Both the position numbers and the translations under genes were made by a program. Shown here in pieces: positions 12,791 to 24,848 of a DNA stretch of 64,000 bases (the first letter of the stretch is position 1; the number at the start of each line of letters is the position of its first letter). The notes beneath the pieces were generated by a model that was not told where the DNA came from, made no database searches, and saw only the letters and a list, made by a program, of their open reading frames with translations. Source of the DNA: Haplodiscus bocki (taxonomy: Eukaryota); assembly GCA_965655095.1 (NCBI GenBank), contig OZ296653.1, positions 15,562,001 to 15,626,000 of the forward strand. The letters run 5' to 3'.

Positions 12791-14374
12791 TTAAAAGGAA
12801 AATGCCTTGTTTTTCAAGAAGTAATACGGGCAGTTTTCCATTTTACGACGTCTAAGTTGACTCTTTGAATTGTTTTCGCTAACTGAAAAATCGATTAATA
12901 TTTGACTGGAAAATTCAAATTTAGAAAGAAACGGACATCAGTGACGTCAGTGATGACCATTTTTATCCGATTAAAATTAACTCATATGATTCAATTAATT
13001 TAAAATTTATACCAAACTAGCAGTCATTTGAATGATAAACAGAAATCACTTTATCGTCCGGGAAAACTTTAAATTTTTTGAATCAAGAAATTAAACTTCT
13101 CAAACTCCATATAAAATCTTGTCTCCGGTACTCACCTGCTTGAGGCAGAAATGGTTTTCGCAAAAGGATCTTACTTTTGGCGGTAAAAACAAGCTGATTG
13201 TTCCGACTATTGAACAACAACGACTCCTCTGTTCAACACGAATTTGTAAAAAAGCCCCGATTAGTTTTATTGTATTTTTATGTGAATATACGAATATACA
13301 GTACTGATTTCAAGTAAGGGAACTCCTAAGCAAAAATTGAGCAGCTTTGGAGCTTATTTTCTCGAAGCATGCTGCTTTTACGAGGACAGTTTTCTTAGAA
13401 GTTCCAAAAGATTTTTTGACTTTTTCCTAATGCCTCCCCCCTGACCATCTTTTTGAAATTGTAATTTCCTTTATAATGGATTATTTTGGCACTATTATCC
13501 TACCTTCCCTCAAAAAGGTGAAAAAACCGTCGAAATCTTTGTGTTATTCATCTGAAATTCATTTTTAATTGAAATTTGACAGTGTATGCGGAAGTGGAAA
13601 AAGTTCTGATTTTTTTTTACTGTTTTTTTGTTTTGAAATTGGCCCAAGACAGCATTTTTAGCACCTGAAAAGTGAAGTACTTTCAACACCTAAAAACAGC
13701 GAATTCTCTACAATGGAAAGAGTTCCCTCCAGAAGAGGAATACCATGCCCTTCATTGAGGATGTAATTATTTAAAGAACTGAAGAGAATGTTGTTTCAAC
13801 TACTGAAAAATGGAAAAAATGAAAAACTGGTGAAACTATCAAACTGGGCGGGAAGCAAACTTTTTGACTATTTGTCATATTTTTATGAAATAAAATCCCT
13901 CGCAATCTTTTCAAAATTCTGAGAAACTTTTACTTTTATCATTTTTTGTTCTGGAGTTCAATCAAAATCGGTACTGTATATGTGTGAAAAATTATTTTTA
14001 TCGATAAAAATTGTCATGACTGCGAGACCTATTCGACAACCAAAAAGTTTCACTACAACGAGCTAACGATATCATTTTCCGATGGATTAGCATGCGTCTT
14101 GTAAAGTAATAATTGAAACAAACTCGCTTCATTTTTGCACCCAAACTGTAACAGAGCTACCCGAAAAATTGGTATATCGTTTCACTGTACGAGAGTCAAT
14201 TGTCCGGAAAATATTACACGGTATCGGAATTAAATATGAAGAACCTTAGTTTCTTGATGCTTGTAGCAAAAAGTTCGTCAAAACCTCAGTATTATATTTT
14301 CTGATATTTCTTACACAATACATTATTACTTGCTAATTGCCAAGATGAAAAATTACATATCAAAGGTACTGAAA

Positions 14375-14820
14375 GACATTTGAAACCATGGTCGGACATA
14401 TAATGGACACCTTTAGAAATACTATACCAGCTGTCAATCAAGTGTTTGTCCGGAAGAAGTCGAAATGATAAAGTGTCTGTCAAAGTCTGTCATATTCAAA
14501 CATGTTTAGCATGTCTTTTAGTCTACGCCATTTACTAGCCCATTGTTTACGCAATCCACACACATTATGCCAAGTCAAAATGAACAAGTACCAGCCACAC
14601 TGTCCATATTCGAAATATGGTTATGTCAGCATGGCCTTTTACGACGCTGTATTCACTTTTTTTCAGACCAATGTTTAATAAAAGAAACACCTATAATGCA
14701 AAAACAAACAAATACCTGCCAAATGTCTCGAAAAACATCTTTTCGACTGTTTAAATACACTAGACTCTGCAGACGTCACAAAATGCTAGTTCTGGACAGG
14801 ATAAAAACATTAGAACCATA
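14375..14820 (+). repeat. Third copy of the same dispersed repeat
   Basis: acatttgaaaccatggtcg...gaaatacta.accagctgtcaatcaa matches 23800-23870. ttttcagaccaatgtt...tacctgccaaa...ggacaggataaaa matches 12578-12725. Confidence 0.75.
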
Positions 14821-15449
14821 GATCCTGAAGAAGCTCGCTCTCCCCTCAAAAGGTAAATGCTGTAACAAGAATGAAGCTTGCAAAGCCTGTTCAGACTAGT
14901 GGGCCACCCATTTTTACCCTACTTGATGCTTGATGCATTTGTAGCTGAAATGCTGATTTCGAAAGCAAAAAACGAACTTTCTGGGCAAACCCGCTAAAAT
15001 TAGCTGTTTCATGGCACCAGAAATTCCCCTTTTGGACAAAATTCTCAAATTCGAAAATATTCCCTTTGCATCTAGTTGAGCTGGATTTGTGATCACAAAG
15101 TTGATTAGGAACCCAAAGCCAAAATTTTCACAAATTGAGCCGAAAAAAAACCATTTCACCTTTTCTGAAAACACTAAAAATGATCGTTTGCTTGCCAAAC
15201 CTTAGTTTTAAGAGAAACTTCCTAAGTGTGTCCTTCGAATGACCTTTTATTGCAACTGAATCCAAAGAGTAAAATTAGAAGACAAAACGGCAAAAATTCT
15301 GCAAAAGTTATTTCTCGCTTCCTTTAAACCATTGGAAAACTCAATACCGAACATATTTGGAAGCGCCGCAGTGGCACTGCGATATTTTCCGTCATTCGAG
15401 CGCAACAGAGACTGACCCAACATACAAATCACTTTCACAAAGAAAACAC

Positions 15450-17300
15450 GATTGACAAAAAATCTCGACGGAAACCTTGCCGCCAAAATTCAAGTCGATA
15501 GCTTTCGAGAAATATGAGAATGAAAATCGACAAAAGATGAGTAATAAATGGATGTTTTTGCATTATCGCGATATCAAGATTCAAGTATATGGAACAAAAT
15601 AGGAAATTATTCAATCTACGAATCATCTAAAAAATAAGACTGTCAATTCAGACATTGACTGTAGTTTTCGAGAAATATGAGTTGGAATATCGAAACATGT
15701 CTATACTGATAGCACTTTTGCGAGTTTTCGTCCATCAGGACTCCGATTCCAATACTCAGAACAAATTTTATATTATTTAGGAACGAAGCGTCCACCTAAA
15801 GTAAAGAGCTATCAATTGACAACTTGATGGAAAAAGGAAGCAGGAGCTGAAGAAACATGAGTTTCGAAATCGAGGCATGTCAAGGCTAATAGCACTTTCT
15901 AGCAATTTTGCTCTATCAGGATTCTACTGCACTGAAGAAAACCAAAAAGTTTTAATGGAATATTCCATCACAATTAGAAAGTTTTAAATTGAGACCTTGA
16001 AGGAAGAAATCAATCCAGTTCTTTTAGAAAAACACGAGATGGGTCAAATGGAAAAAATTCCTGGCGTTTTTGGACTATCAAGATTCCAATCCAGGAGGTA
16101 ACAGATACTTTTTTCACCCAATACTGTTACGGTAGAAAGTTTCGGATAGCGACCTTGAAGGAAGAAATCAAGCCTGTAGTTATGGAGAAAATGAGTCTGA
16201 ACAGATATGTAACATTACTGATAGCATTTTGGCATTTACGACTAATTAAATTCCAACGCAAGGAGCAAATTTAAAGAACTTTCACATCAAAAACTGCTCT
16301 ACAGCTAAAGAATTTTTGTTTGAGACCTCGGTGAAAAAAATGTAGTTTAGTTACGTAGAAATATGAGTTTGAATAACGAGGTAAGCCAAAATTAATAACT
16401 CTGAGCAAATCCGGACTACTAGGAATCCAACGCAATGTCTAGATTCTGCACTTACACTTTTTTCTACAAGTCAAAATTTCCGGTTCAGACCTCGACGAGA
16501 GAATCGAAGCCTTTAATTACGTAGAAAAAAGTTTGGATCCCGGAAAGAGTCCATAAAAAGGTACATTTGGGAAACTTTGGACTATCAGGATTCTAAACCA
16601 GCAATAAAGATAACTGATTTTTATGTACACGTTCAAAGCTTTCCATTGAGCCCTTGATAGAAGAAAACAAGCTATAGTTAAGATAACTTTTGCATCGAGA
16701 TAAATCAATATTAATAGCTATTTTTGGAATGTTCGGACTATCGGGATTCTGATGGAGGGGAAAAATCGATTTTTCAAAGGATTTGTTTGCCATAAGTTGG
16801 AAAATTTCTATTGAGACCTCTGTGGAATAAATCAAGCCAGTAGTTATGCAGAGGTAAAAATTTTGAAAATCGGGTTTCAAACCTAATGGAACTTTTTTTC
16901 GCATTACCGGTCCATCAGGATTCTAGCGCAGGAAAAAGCCAAAGAATTTTCAATTGAACACTCCTCTAGAGGTTTAGAGCTTTCAACTGAGACTTTGATA
17001 AAAAAATTGAAGCCTGCAGTTTTTGAAAAGTATGCGTTTCCATATCGAGATAATTCATAAATAGCTCTATTTTCGAGTTTTCGGTTCTCAAGACTCTGAT
17101 GCAGGGAACAAAATCGTTAATTTCCCAATCGAACAGTTCACTACAAGTAAAAAGCTTTCGATTGACGCCTAGATCAGAGAAATTTTGGATCGAGTTTTTT
17201 TGCATGAAAGTGTGTTTCAACATCAAGGAAATTCAATGCTTGCGGTTTCTGACATTCCGTCAAAGCGGGGATCGCAGAACGATATATTACAGCAGAAAAA
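15450..17300. repeat. Old, diverged ~165-180-bp tandem satellite (~10-11 units)
   Basis: Motif tatcaggattc...attgagacct...gaa.aaatcaagcc.gtagtt...gaaatatgagtt recurs at ~15572, 15734, 15915, 16077, 16245, 16418, 16584, 16739, 16914 and 17087. Confidence 0.7.
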
Positions 17301-17659
17301 ATTTTGAAGGAATCGTATTTTCTGACCTCGGAGGAACCGAGATAGTGAAAAAAATGGTACCATGAAAACCTGAAAGAAAAGTCGAAATATTTGCATGTCT
17401 GATTAATTTTTTGAAACATATTTGTAGTTTCAACTTATTTTTCGGTTTTTTAGGGAAATCGATTTCTTGCAAACTTTTTGAAAAAAAAATGAAAAAAACG
17501 TATTTTATTTTGTTTTTTTTTGTCAGAAAGAAGATAGTTTCTGCGAGAATAAGCTCAAATATCAAAAAACTTTAACGAAAAAATTTTAACGAAAAAACCC
17601 TGCTTTTTTGCTATTAAAAATAGGACTAGTAAACGAGTATCTAAAAGTATTTCAATAAG

Positions 17660-17725
17660 TATGGCAGACAGCGGGATTCGAACCCGCTACCTCTGGCTTC
17701 CTGACCGCGGTGACACCCCACACAT
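17660..17725 (-). mobile_element. tRNA-derived SINE-like head
   Basis: Minus strand reads ...gccagaggtagcgGGTTCGAATCCcgctgtctgcca, a B box in a T-arm stem. No full cloverleaf. Lies between two taggactagtaa direct repeats (17621, 17804). Confidence 0.45.
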
Positions 17726-20700
17726 ATGTATTATACAGGACACGAACGATTCTGCGAAGCACAACGCGAAGTCTGCGCGTCATGGGCAAATTCTGTTACT
17801 CCGTAGGACTAGTAATAACTACTGAATTGAGTAATTTTCCTTACTTAATAAATTATGACGGAAAATGAAATCTACCGGATTTAGCTAGTTTTGTGCTTCT
17901 CCGTCATATCAGATCTCACTAGCAACAAGAAAGTTGATATGAAAGGCTACAATGTTGAAACTCTGGAAAAATCACAAATTTATCTATGTTTGGCTTACTT
18001 TAAAAAGATAACGCCATTTGAGCCACCAACAAAGCTCAAAAAATACAGGTCATGACAAATCCGTTTGCCAGATTGCTCCAATTGTAATGTACTGGTAAGA
18101 TCTAGTAGCTGGAAACCGGATATGGAAGCAAAAAGTAAAAAACCTGGTAAATTCGCAAAATTAACTTTTTTTGGCTTACTTTTGAGCACTAAAAACATCC
18201 TCTTGTCGGCAGATAACTATGATTATTAAGGAAAACTTCGATATTCAATATTTTGTACCGATTTGAGCTGGACACGTCGTTGAAAACGCCAAAAAAATGC
18301 TTTTTACGTATAACAAAAAACACGAATAAGTATTTACTCCCCAGCAAAAAGGAGTATCCTTTTCCAAAAGCCGTATGTTTGTCCTAACGCTGGGAAGTTT
18401 TATGGTATGGAAAATAGCGAGAACTTAGCCCAAAATTAATAAGTTCCGGCAAAAAACGCTAAATTATCAATTATTCAACACTCAAAAGCTTTTTCTGGGC
18501 CAGACAGGTGCAACGTCTCAAAAAGTTAGCCACCAAGAGTGCTAGGGATTCGACGCCAACAATTCAGTGCAGTTAAATTGCTCAGAAAGAGAATCTAGTA
18601 GAAGTCTCATTGCGTCGAAAAAGTGCCAACTAATCAAAACGTAGAAAATTTCGAAGTATATTATGGTCTACGGGTCTATTTCGAACATTTGAATGGTTTG
18701 CATGTTTTCGACGCTTTGGGAATCAAGACATTTTGATCCCATGAATGGTCAGCATTCCGAAAGGGGGAGAACGATGCTAATCAATGTGACAAATTTGAGA
18801 CTGAGATCCAAAACTGCGCTCTGCTAAACTTGCGCCAAGGGATTACTAGTGAACAAATAGAACAAGTATAAGTAAATTTTAGAGGGACCACAGTTCTACG
18901 GAAACCACTGATTGAGCAATTAAACAGAAACTCAATATATCAGTTACACCTCATAAACAAGAGTAACACGAACGGCTACAACAGTTATTTCGCTTTATAT
19001 TTATATCAAGTGTGCAAGCTGGAAATGAGGCCGCATGAAAATTTTTCCAACTGTGCGAAAGTGCAGGAACAAAATCTAGGAACAAATGCCAGTTCTCAAC
19101 GGATGAGAAAGCAGAGTCCGCAAAAGGCTGTGATAAACTTGTGCAAGTGTAATCTCTGTACTTGGATATTTGAATAAAAGCTGAGATTGCAAGTACTTGA
19201 AATCTAAGAGTAGACGTAGACATTGACGTTCGCTCTAGCAAGAGGAAGCAAAAAATCATTTTTAAAAAAATTAAGCAGGGGCCAGTGGGGTCAATCATGC
19301 AGACGTTTGCGAAGTGCGAAGAAGAACAAGTAAAATCGATGGGCATTAAACTTCAACGTAATACCTACAAATGTACGTTCGTAAAAATTGAAGCAACAAA
19401 TATTTCGCATACAAAAACTAAGCAAATATCGCGAAATCATAGAAGCTGCGAATTGCCAGAGCCGCGCTGAAAGCTCAGTACACTCGAAAGGGGAGCCCTT
19501 TATATGTTGAGTATTTTTGGTTTTTTTGGAGAAAACTCTAGAAACTAAAAGGAAATTTGATAATTTCCCGAGTTTTCGCCAAGTCATTTTTGGGCTGTTT
19601 ACCTGACGGACATTCGAGTGGCGAACAATGGAATGATTACTGGGGTGCTACAAACATTTTTGATTAGTTTCAATGAAAATTTTCCGAAAGTTCGGTACTT
19701 TCAAACAAAATTTCAGCAAACCCTCGATTACCCGCGAACATTCTTCTGTTGACAGACCTAATTGGCTGAAATTTTAAAATCGGATATTCCAGGTAAAACC
19801 CGGTTCCACAATAAATTTCTCAAGACAATAGTTTACAGGATAACTCAGTATACCAAAAGAAAAGTTCAGTGAACTTTCGATTATCCACCACTCGATTTTC
19901 AGCCACCATTCGCGCGTTGGCAAACGTAATTATCGGAAATTAGTGGCAAATTTTCGAAGGATTACCGGGTACCACAATAACTTTATCGAAACCATAGTTT
20001 TTATACGATAACTCTGTATACCAAAAGAAGTCTGTAAAAACCCGAATATTGCGAAATTAGCTGTTTTTGGCCAAATTCAATGCACCAGAAACTGCTCTCA
20101 GATAGGGAAAACCTCATTATTTAATGAATTTGAACAGGTCTGCTCGATGCGCGTTTCTTTATTGTACTTAGTTAGATTAGTAGCTGAAAAGTTGATACGA
20201 AAGACAAAAGTACGAAGTTTGAGGAAACATCGCGAGAATAGCTGTTTCTGTACTAATTTAATGCATTTAGGAAAAAAAGGATTCCTTAAGCAAAAGAAGA
20301 AATTCCGTAAAAACAGCGAAATTCAGCTATTTTTCTACACCGAAAACACAAAAATTTGCCGTTCGTTCCAGCAAAAAACTGCAAAAAAATAAAAATTCTG
20401 CTGTAAATTTGATTTAGTCGATTGTTGTGCGAAAAGCTGATTGAATGCGGAAAATGACAAAAACTTGGAGAACATTTGTAAAATTAGCAACTTTTGGTTA
20501 AATTGAGACCAGCTAAAATGAAAAAATTTGCAAAAACGCGGTTTTGCACGGTTTTTTACACGTTTCTGAAGATTTTAGGGTTGGAAGTCGGGAGTTCTCT
20601 TGCCGCGCCCGGCAACTCAAAAATGTCGCACGAAACAATTATGATAAAATGTGATAATAATAGAGGACTTACTCGCTTCACTCGCTCCCCTCCTAAAAAA

Positions 20701-22639
20701 ACTGACAAAAGTCTCAGCAACAGAGGCATTAATCGCTTCGCTTGCCTCTAAAGAAACTTGGCATTTGTCGGTTTCAAAACACATTGTTTATTTCAGTCAG
20801 AATGTGTAAAAGACAACCACTTCACTCTATGACACCCGCAATTCGCCTTTTCACCATCCGATAATTTAAATGTGCTTTTCCAACAAAAAATTCTCAATTT
20901 TTTCCAAAGGCACTTATATTTTACAGTGATCCGAAATCAGTGTCTGAATCCACTGGGGGCAATACTTTGAAAAATGGCTTGATAAAAATGGAGAACTAGT
21001 TCTAGCGCGGTTGGTCGGTTAACTATAGTAAAGAAGCAGCAGGTGTGTGTATAACATCACTTTGATCCAATACCAGCTTCTGAAACATCGGTCCTGTGCT
21101 TTTACTACTTGCATTTTACCTTCTCAGAACCAGGAAACTTGAAATATTTTATTTATCTTCTGATAAACAGAATTCAATAAACTTTGCCGATACATTTTTT
21201 AAAATCTTGAAGTATATTTGTAGAGGAAACAAAAGATGATTATAATTTACTGCAAGAATCAGCTTCACTTCAAATACAACCCATTTCAAAAATGTGGTTG
21301 AAGGTCCAAATAACTCCAAGTAACGTAGAAAAATAATCATTCTGAGTATATGAAAATATTATTCTAGAGAAGCACCATAATACCGTATTGATATTCAGAA
21401 CAATTCACTTCCATTGAATGGAAGGAAACGAATCAAAACTAAATTAATAGATCTGATCTGATCATATTCACCAGCCAGTAGTATTTTCAAAAAAAAATTA
21501 CAGTCAGGCCACTGAAGAACCAGAATGAATTTGAACCCGGTATTCAATAAATGTCCAATCATATGAATGAGGTATAAAGCTTTCAAAATCTTTTCTGACG
21601 TGATGATCAAGCCTGCCTTATTTGTTCAGCGTAATAACCGAAGCCGAAAAACTTGAACAGATCTTTAAAATGTCCCGGACAGATTGAAAGTTTAGTCTGC
21701 CGCTCTGGCAGAAGGGTTTGCTAGTGAATGTAATTTTTTTTAGCATTTGAGTCAACCAATGTCAATACAAGACCGCCGGCATACTTTCCGCTCTCCAATT
21801 TGGTTAAACAGGCCTTTTGAAAAGATGAAAGCGTTTATTTTCAAAAAATATCGTTTCTTCGAGGAGTACTTTTGGAAAAATAATTTTAAAAAAATATAAT
21901 TTTATAATTATTTTCGAACTTTGAGCGAAAAATTTTGGGACTACTGTTTTTTTTTCCAAATTTAAAAATTTTTTTTGCACAAAAACCTCACAATCAAGGT
22001 GGAAAAGACATTTTTGACAAATAATATCAATTGATACGCATTCTACAGCATATTTGCCACCTCCACCATTTTGAAAAAAAACCAATTCTTTTTAAAAAAA
22101 ACCCGAACATTGTACGTATTTGAGAAACATTACTATTTCAGTCGCATTCTACAAAAATTTACTGAAATGTGGTGGTAAAAAATTTTCAAAGTCAGAACCT
22201 TCCGGACATTTGGAATTCGCACATCTTCAATTGGCAAGTAAACGTAAAGAAGCGCACGGGTTGAGTGTATGGTTATCCTTCCATATTATAAATATGAGCA
22301 AAAAAATAATGAAGCACTTTCGTTGACTTGACGTTTTGAAACAGCATGAAACTCTAGGCACCAAAGAAGTAAAAAAGGTAGTGATAAAATCTGCTCATAT
22401 AAACTAACTATTACCCATTCCGTGTTCACTCACCACAAAGAAGTCCGCAGAGCTGTTCACCAGTAGAACCTAACGCAGAGCTGTTTACTAGTAGAACCTT
22501 ACATTTCAAAATTTCCCGGGACAAAAAGCTTTTTCTTTCCAGCCCGCATGCAGTTTTCGATAGGCTGTTTCAACTCAGCACCGGAAATTAGAAATAGTTT
22601 AATAATGCCACATAGCTACCATTCTAGTCAACCGGACTG

Positions 22640-22810
22640 GAAAAACATGGGTGCCATGCCATGATCATGCCAAAACATAGCCATGATGAAGGCATGGCGA
22701 CTGTTTCTTGACATCGTCGCCATGACTAATGGCATGATCATGGTTCGATTAACATATTTTCCATAATTCGTATCATGATCATGGTATGATCATCTCGTTT
22801 TCCATGATTT
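22640..22810. repeat. CATG-rich palindromic low-complexity repeat (probable DNA-transposon subterminal region)
   Basis: Dense catg/catgatcatg motifs over ~170 bp. Confidence 0.45.
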
Positions 22811-23887
22811 TTTCAAAAGAATTTTTCAAGTTCTCAAATAGTTGCTGCCATGTATCATTTTATATGATGGCACACTTGACTGACCTCAAAAGAAATTACG
22901 GCTCCAAACTATCGGTTCAGCAAAATTGAACGAGGAATACTCCCGAAAGGCTGAGTTTTTTCTGTGGTAACCAGACAGCAGGTTTTTATTTAAATTTAAA
23001 AATCGTTTCACTATAACATATCAATTACAAATTTTTGTTATTGTTAGTAATTTCGAATTTTTGGGAAAGATATCCATTTAGTGCACGCCTTCCAGGTATT
23101 TTCTGATGAGTTAATTCAAAATATTCCCTTTTAAATAGTAACGGACTAACACCTAGCCACTGATTAACAAGGTTGATTGATGGTTGTTAAACCGGACAAG
23201 TCTTCAAGATTCTTATCTTATCGAAATTTTTGCCCAGATATTTTGCTCCGATATCTGAAGTTATGAAAAGAAAATCATGAATTTACTCCTCCTTTTTGTG
23301 TTTGCGAGGGGCATAAAGTATGATTTGAATGACATCTATGAAAGACACTCAATCAGCATACCATATAGAATACTGACGTTTCCAGTTTCAGCCAAGATAG
23401 ACTCAATTCGAAGGAAGAAGCGCGTGATGGTCAGCATGGTATGAAGCATAACTCCGCTGTACTCTTTGCCCTATTATGATAGTAAATTCCAAAAATTATA
23501 GGCACGTAAAAACACGCATGATTATCTGGCGGAACCACTTCAGGTATTCAACAGATACAAACCCCGAATGGAGACAGACAGGAATAAAAAAAAACAAAAT
23601 AGGGCAAACACAAAGCCATTAACTTCAACTTGTTTCAACTTTTAGGCATAGAAAGCCAATGAAAGTCATAGTAAAATTGAAAATCAGGTCTCTGTACACA
23701 GAAAAAAGCAACCCTGACAAAGAAATTGAACTGTGTCGAAAACAAGAGACATTCAACCAGGATGTTAACAAAGGCATACCTTGCCCACTTTTAGCCCCGT
23801 ACATTTGAAACCATGGTCGCAGACAGCATTTACACTTTCAGAAATACTACACCAGCTGTCAATCAAAAGTTTGTCCGAAAACACAAG

Positions 23888-24157
23888 AGTAGCATAGAAA
23901 GGGGGGTTTAGAGCCACTTATGACTCTTTCCATATTAGGATGTGCCGTTAGAGCCACTTATTGCTCCTCAATCTCATTCTTAATACGTTACCAACTCCCA
24001 GTTTAACCTCATGACAACTTTGACAGCTTATCTAGTTCAACTTTCTGACAGATTTCAAGCCACTTATTGCTCCTCAATCTCAATACGTTACCAACTCCTA
24101 GTTTAACCTTATGACAGCTTTGACAGCTTATCTAGTTTACCTTTCTGACAGATTTCA
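23888..24157 (+). repeat. Left TIR of element B with internal ~100-bp tandem duplication
   Basis: Reverse-complement match to 38574-38742. The block agccacttattgctcctcaat...ctgacagatttca occurs twice (23952-24057 and ~24058-24157). Confidence 0.93.
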
Positions 24158-24848
24158 AACATTGAAGCCAAGATTTCGCTGTGGTTCAAATATCGAATAA
24201 TATACCAATACTGATGAAAATGTTCAAGCCTCATCATATTCTGAAATATTTCCTTATGGGAATCCAAAACTTACCGAAACGAATTTAAAGAATTTGACCA
24301 ATTTGAAAAAATCAGCGCATTTTGCCTCAAATTTCAAAAAATGAGCTCAAATAAAGGAACATTGAAAAAAAATCACGGATTGAAATAGATTATACTAGCA
24401 AACAGTTCTGCCGGATCGGCAGATCGAAATTTTCAATCGGTTCAATTCTTTTTAATGATACGTTTTTTCAGTCCCTGTCATTACGCGCAATGAATGAAGC
24501 AGGTGAGTGACTTTGGCGGACGCTTCGACGATCTCACTCGCTTACTTCAATCGGCAGGATCGTCGCGACGTCAAAGCACAGTCACTGAGTTTCATTTACT
24601 TGCTTTTTGTTGGCTCGCTATTTTCACTGCTGACTTCGGTCTTTCAGCAATGACGTGAAAAAATTGTGATAGTTTGAAAGCTGAGACACGGTTCATTCTC
24701 TCCAATTTATATAGGATTCTTTGAAAAATGTACGAAATCATTATATAGTGCAATTTCAACCTCAATTTCGACAAGGAGTTTTTATATAAGCCTACGATAC
24801 TGAAAGGTTCTAAGAATCCACTATTCTTTTTCAATGTTCCTCAGCAAA

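Noticed and set aside
18690-19620. Possible LTR-retrotransposon gag/PPT remnant
   Set aside because: Only a purine tract and broken frames, with no diagnostic motif.
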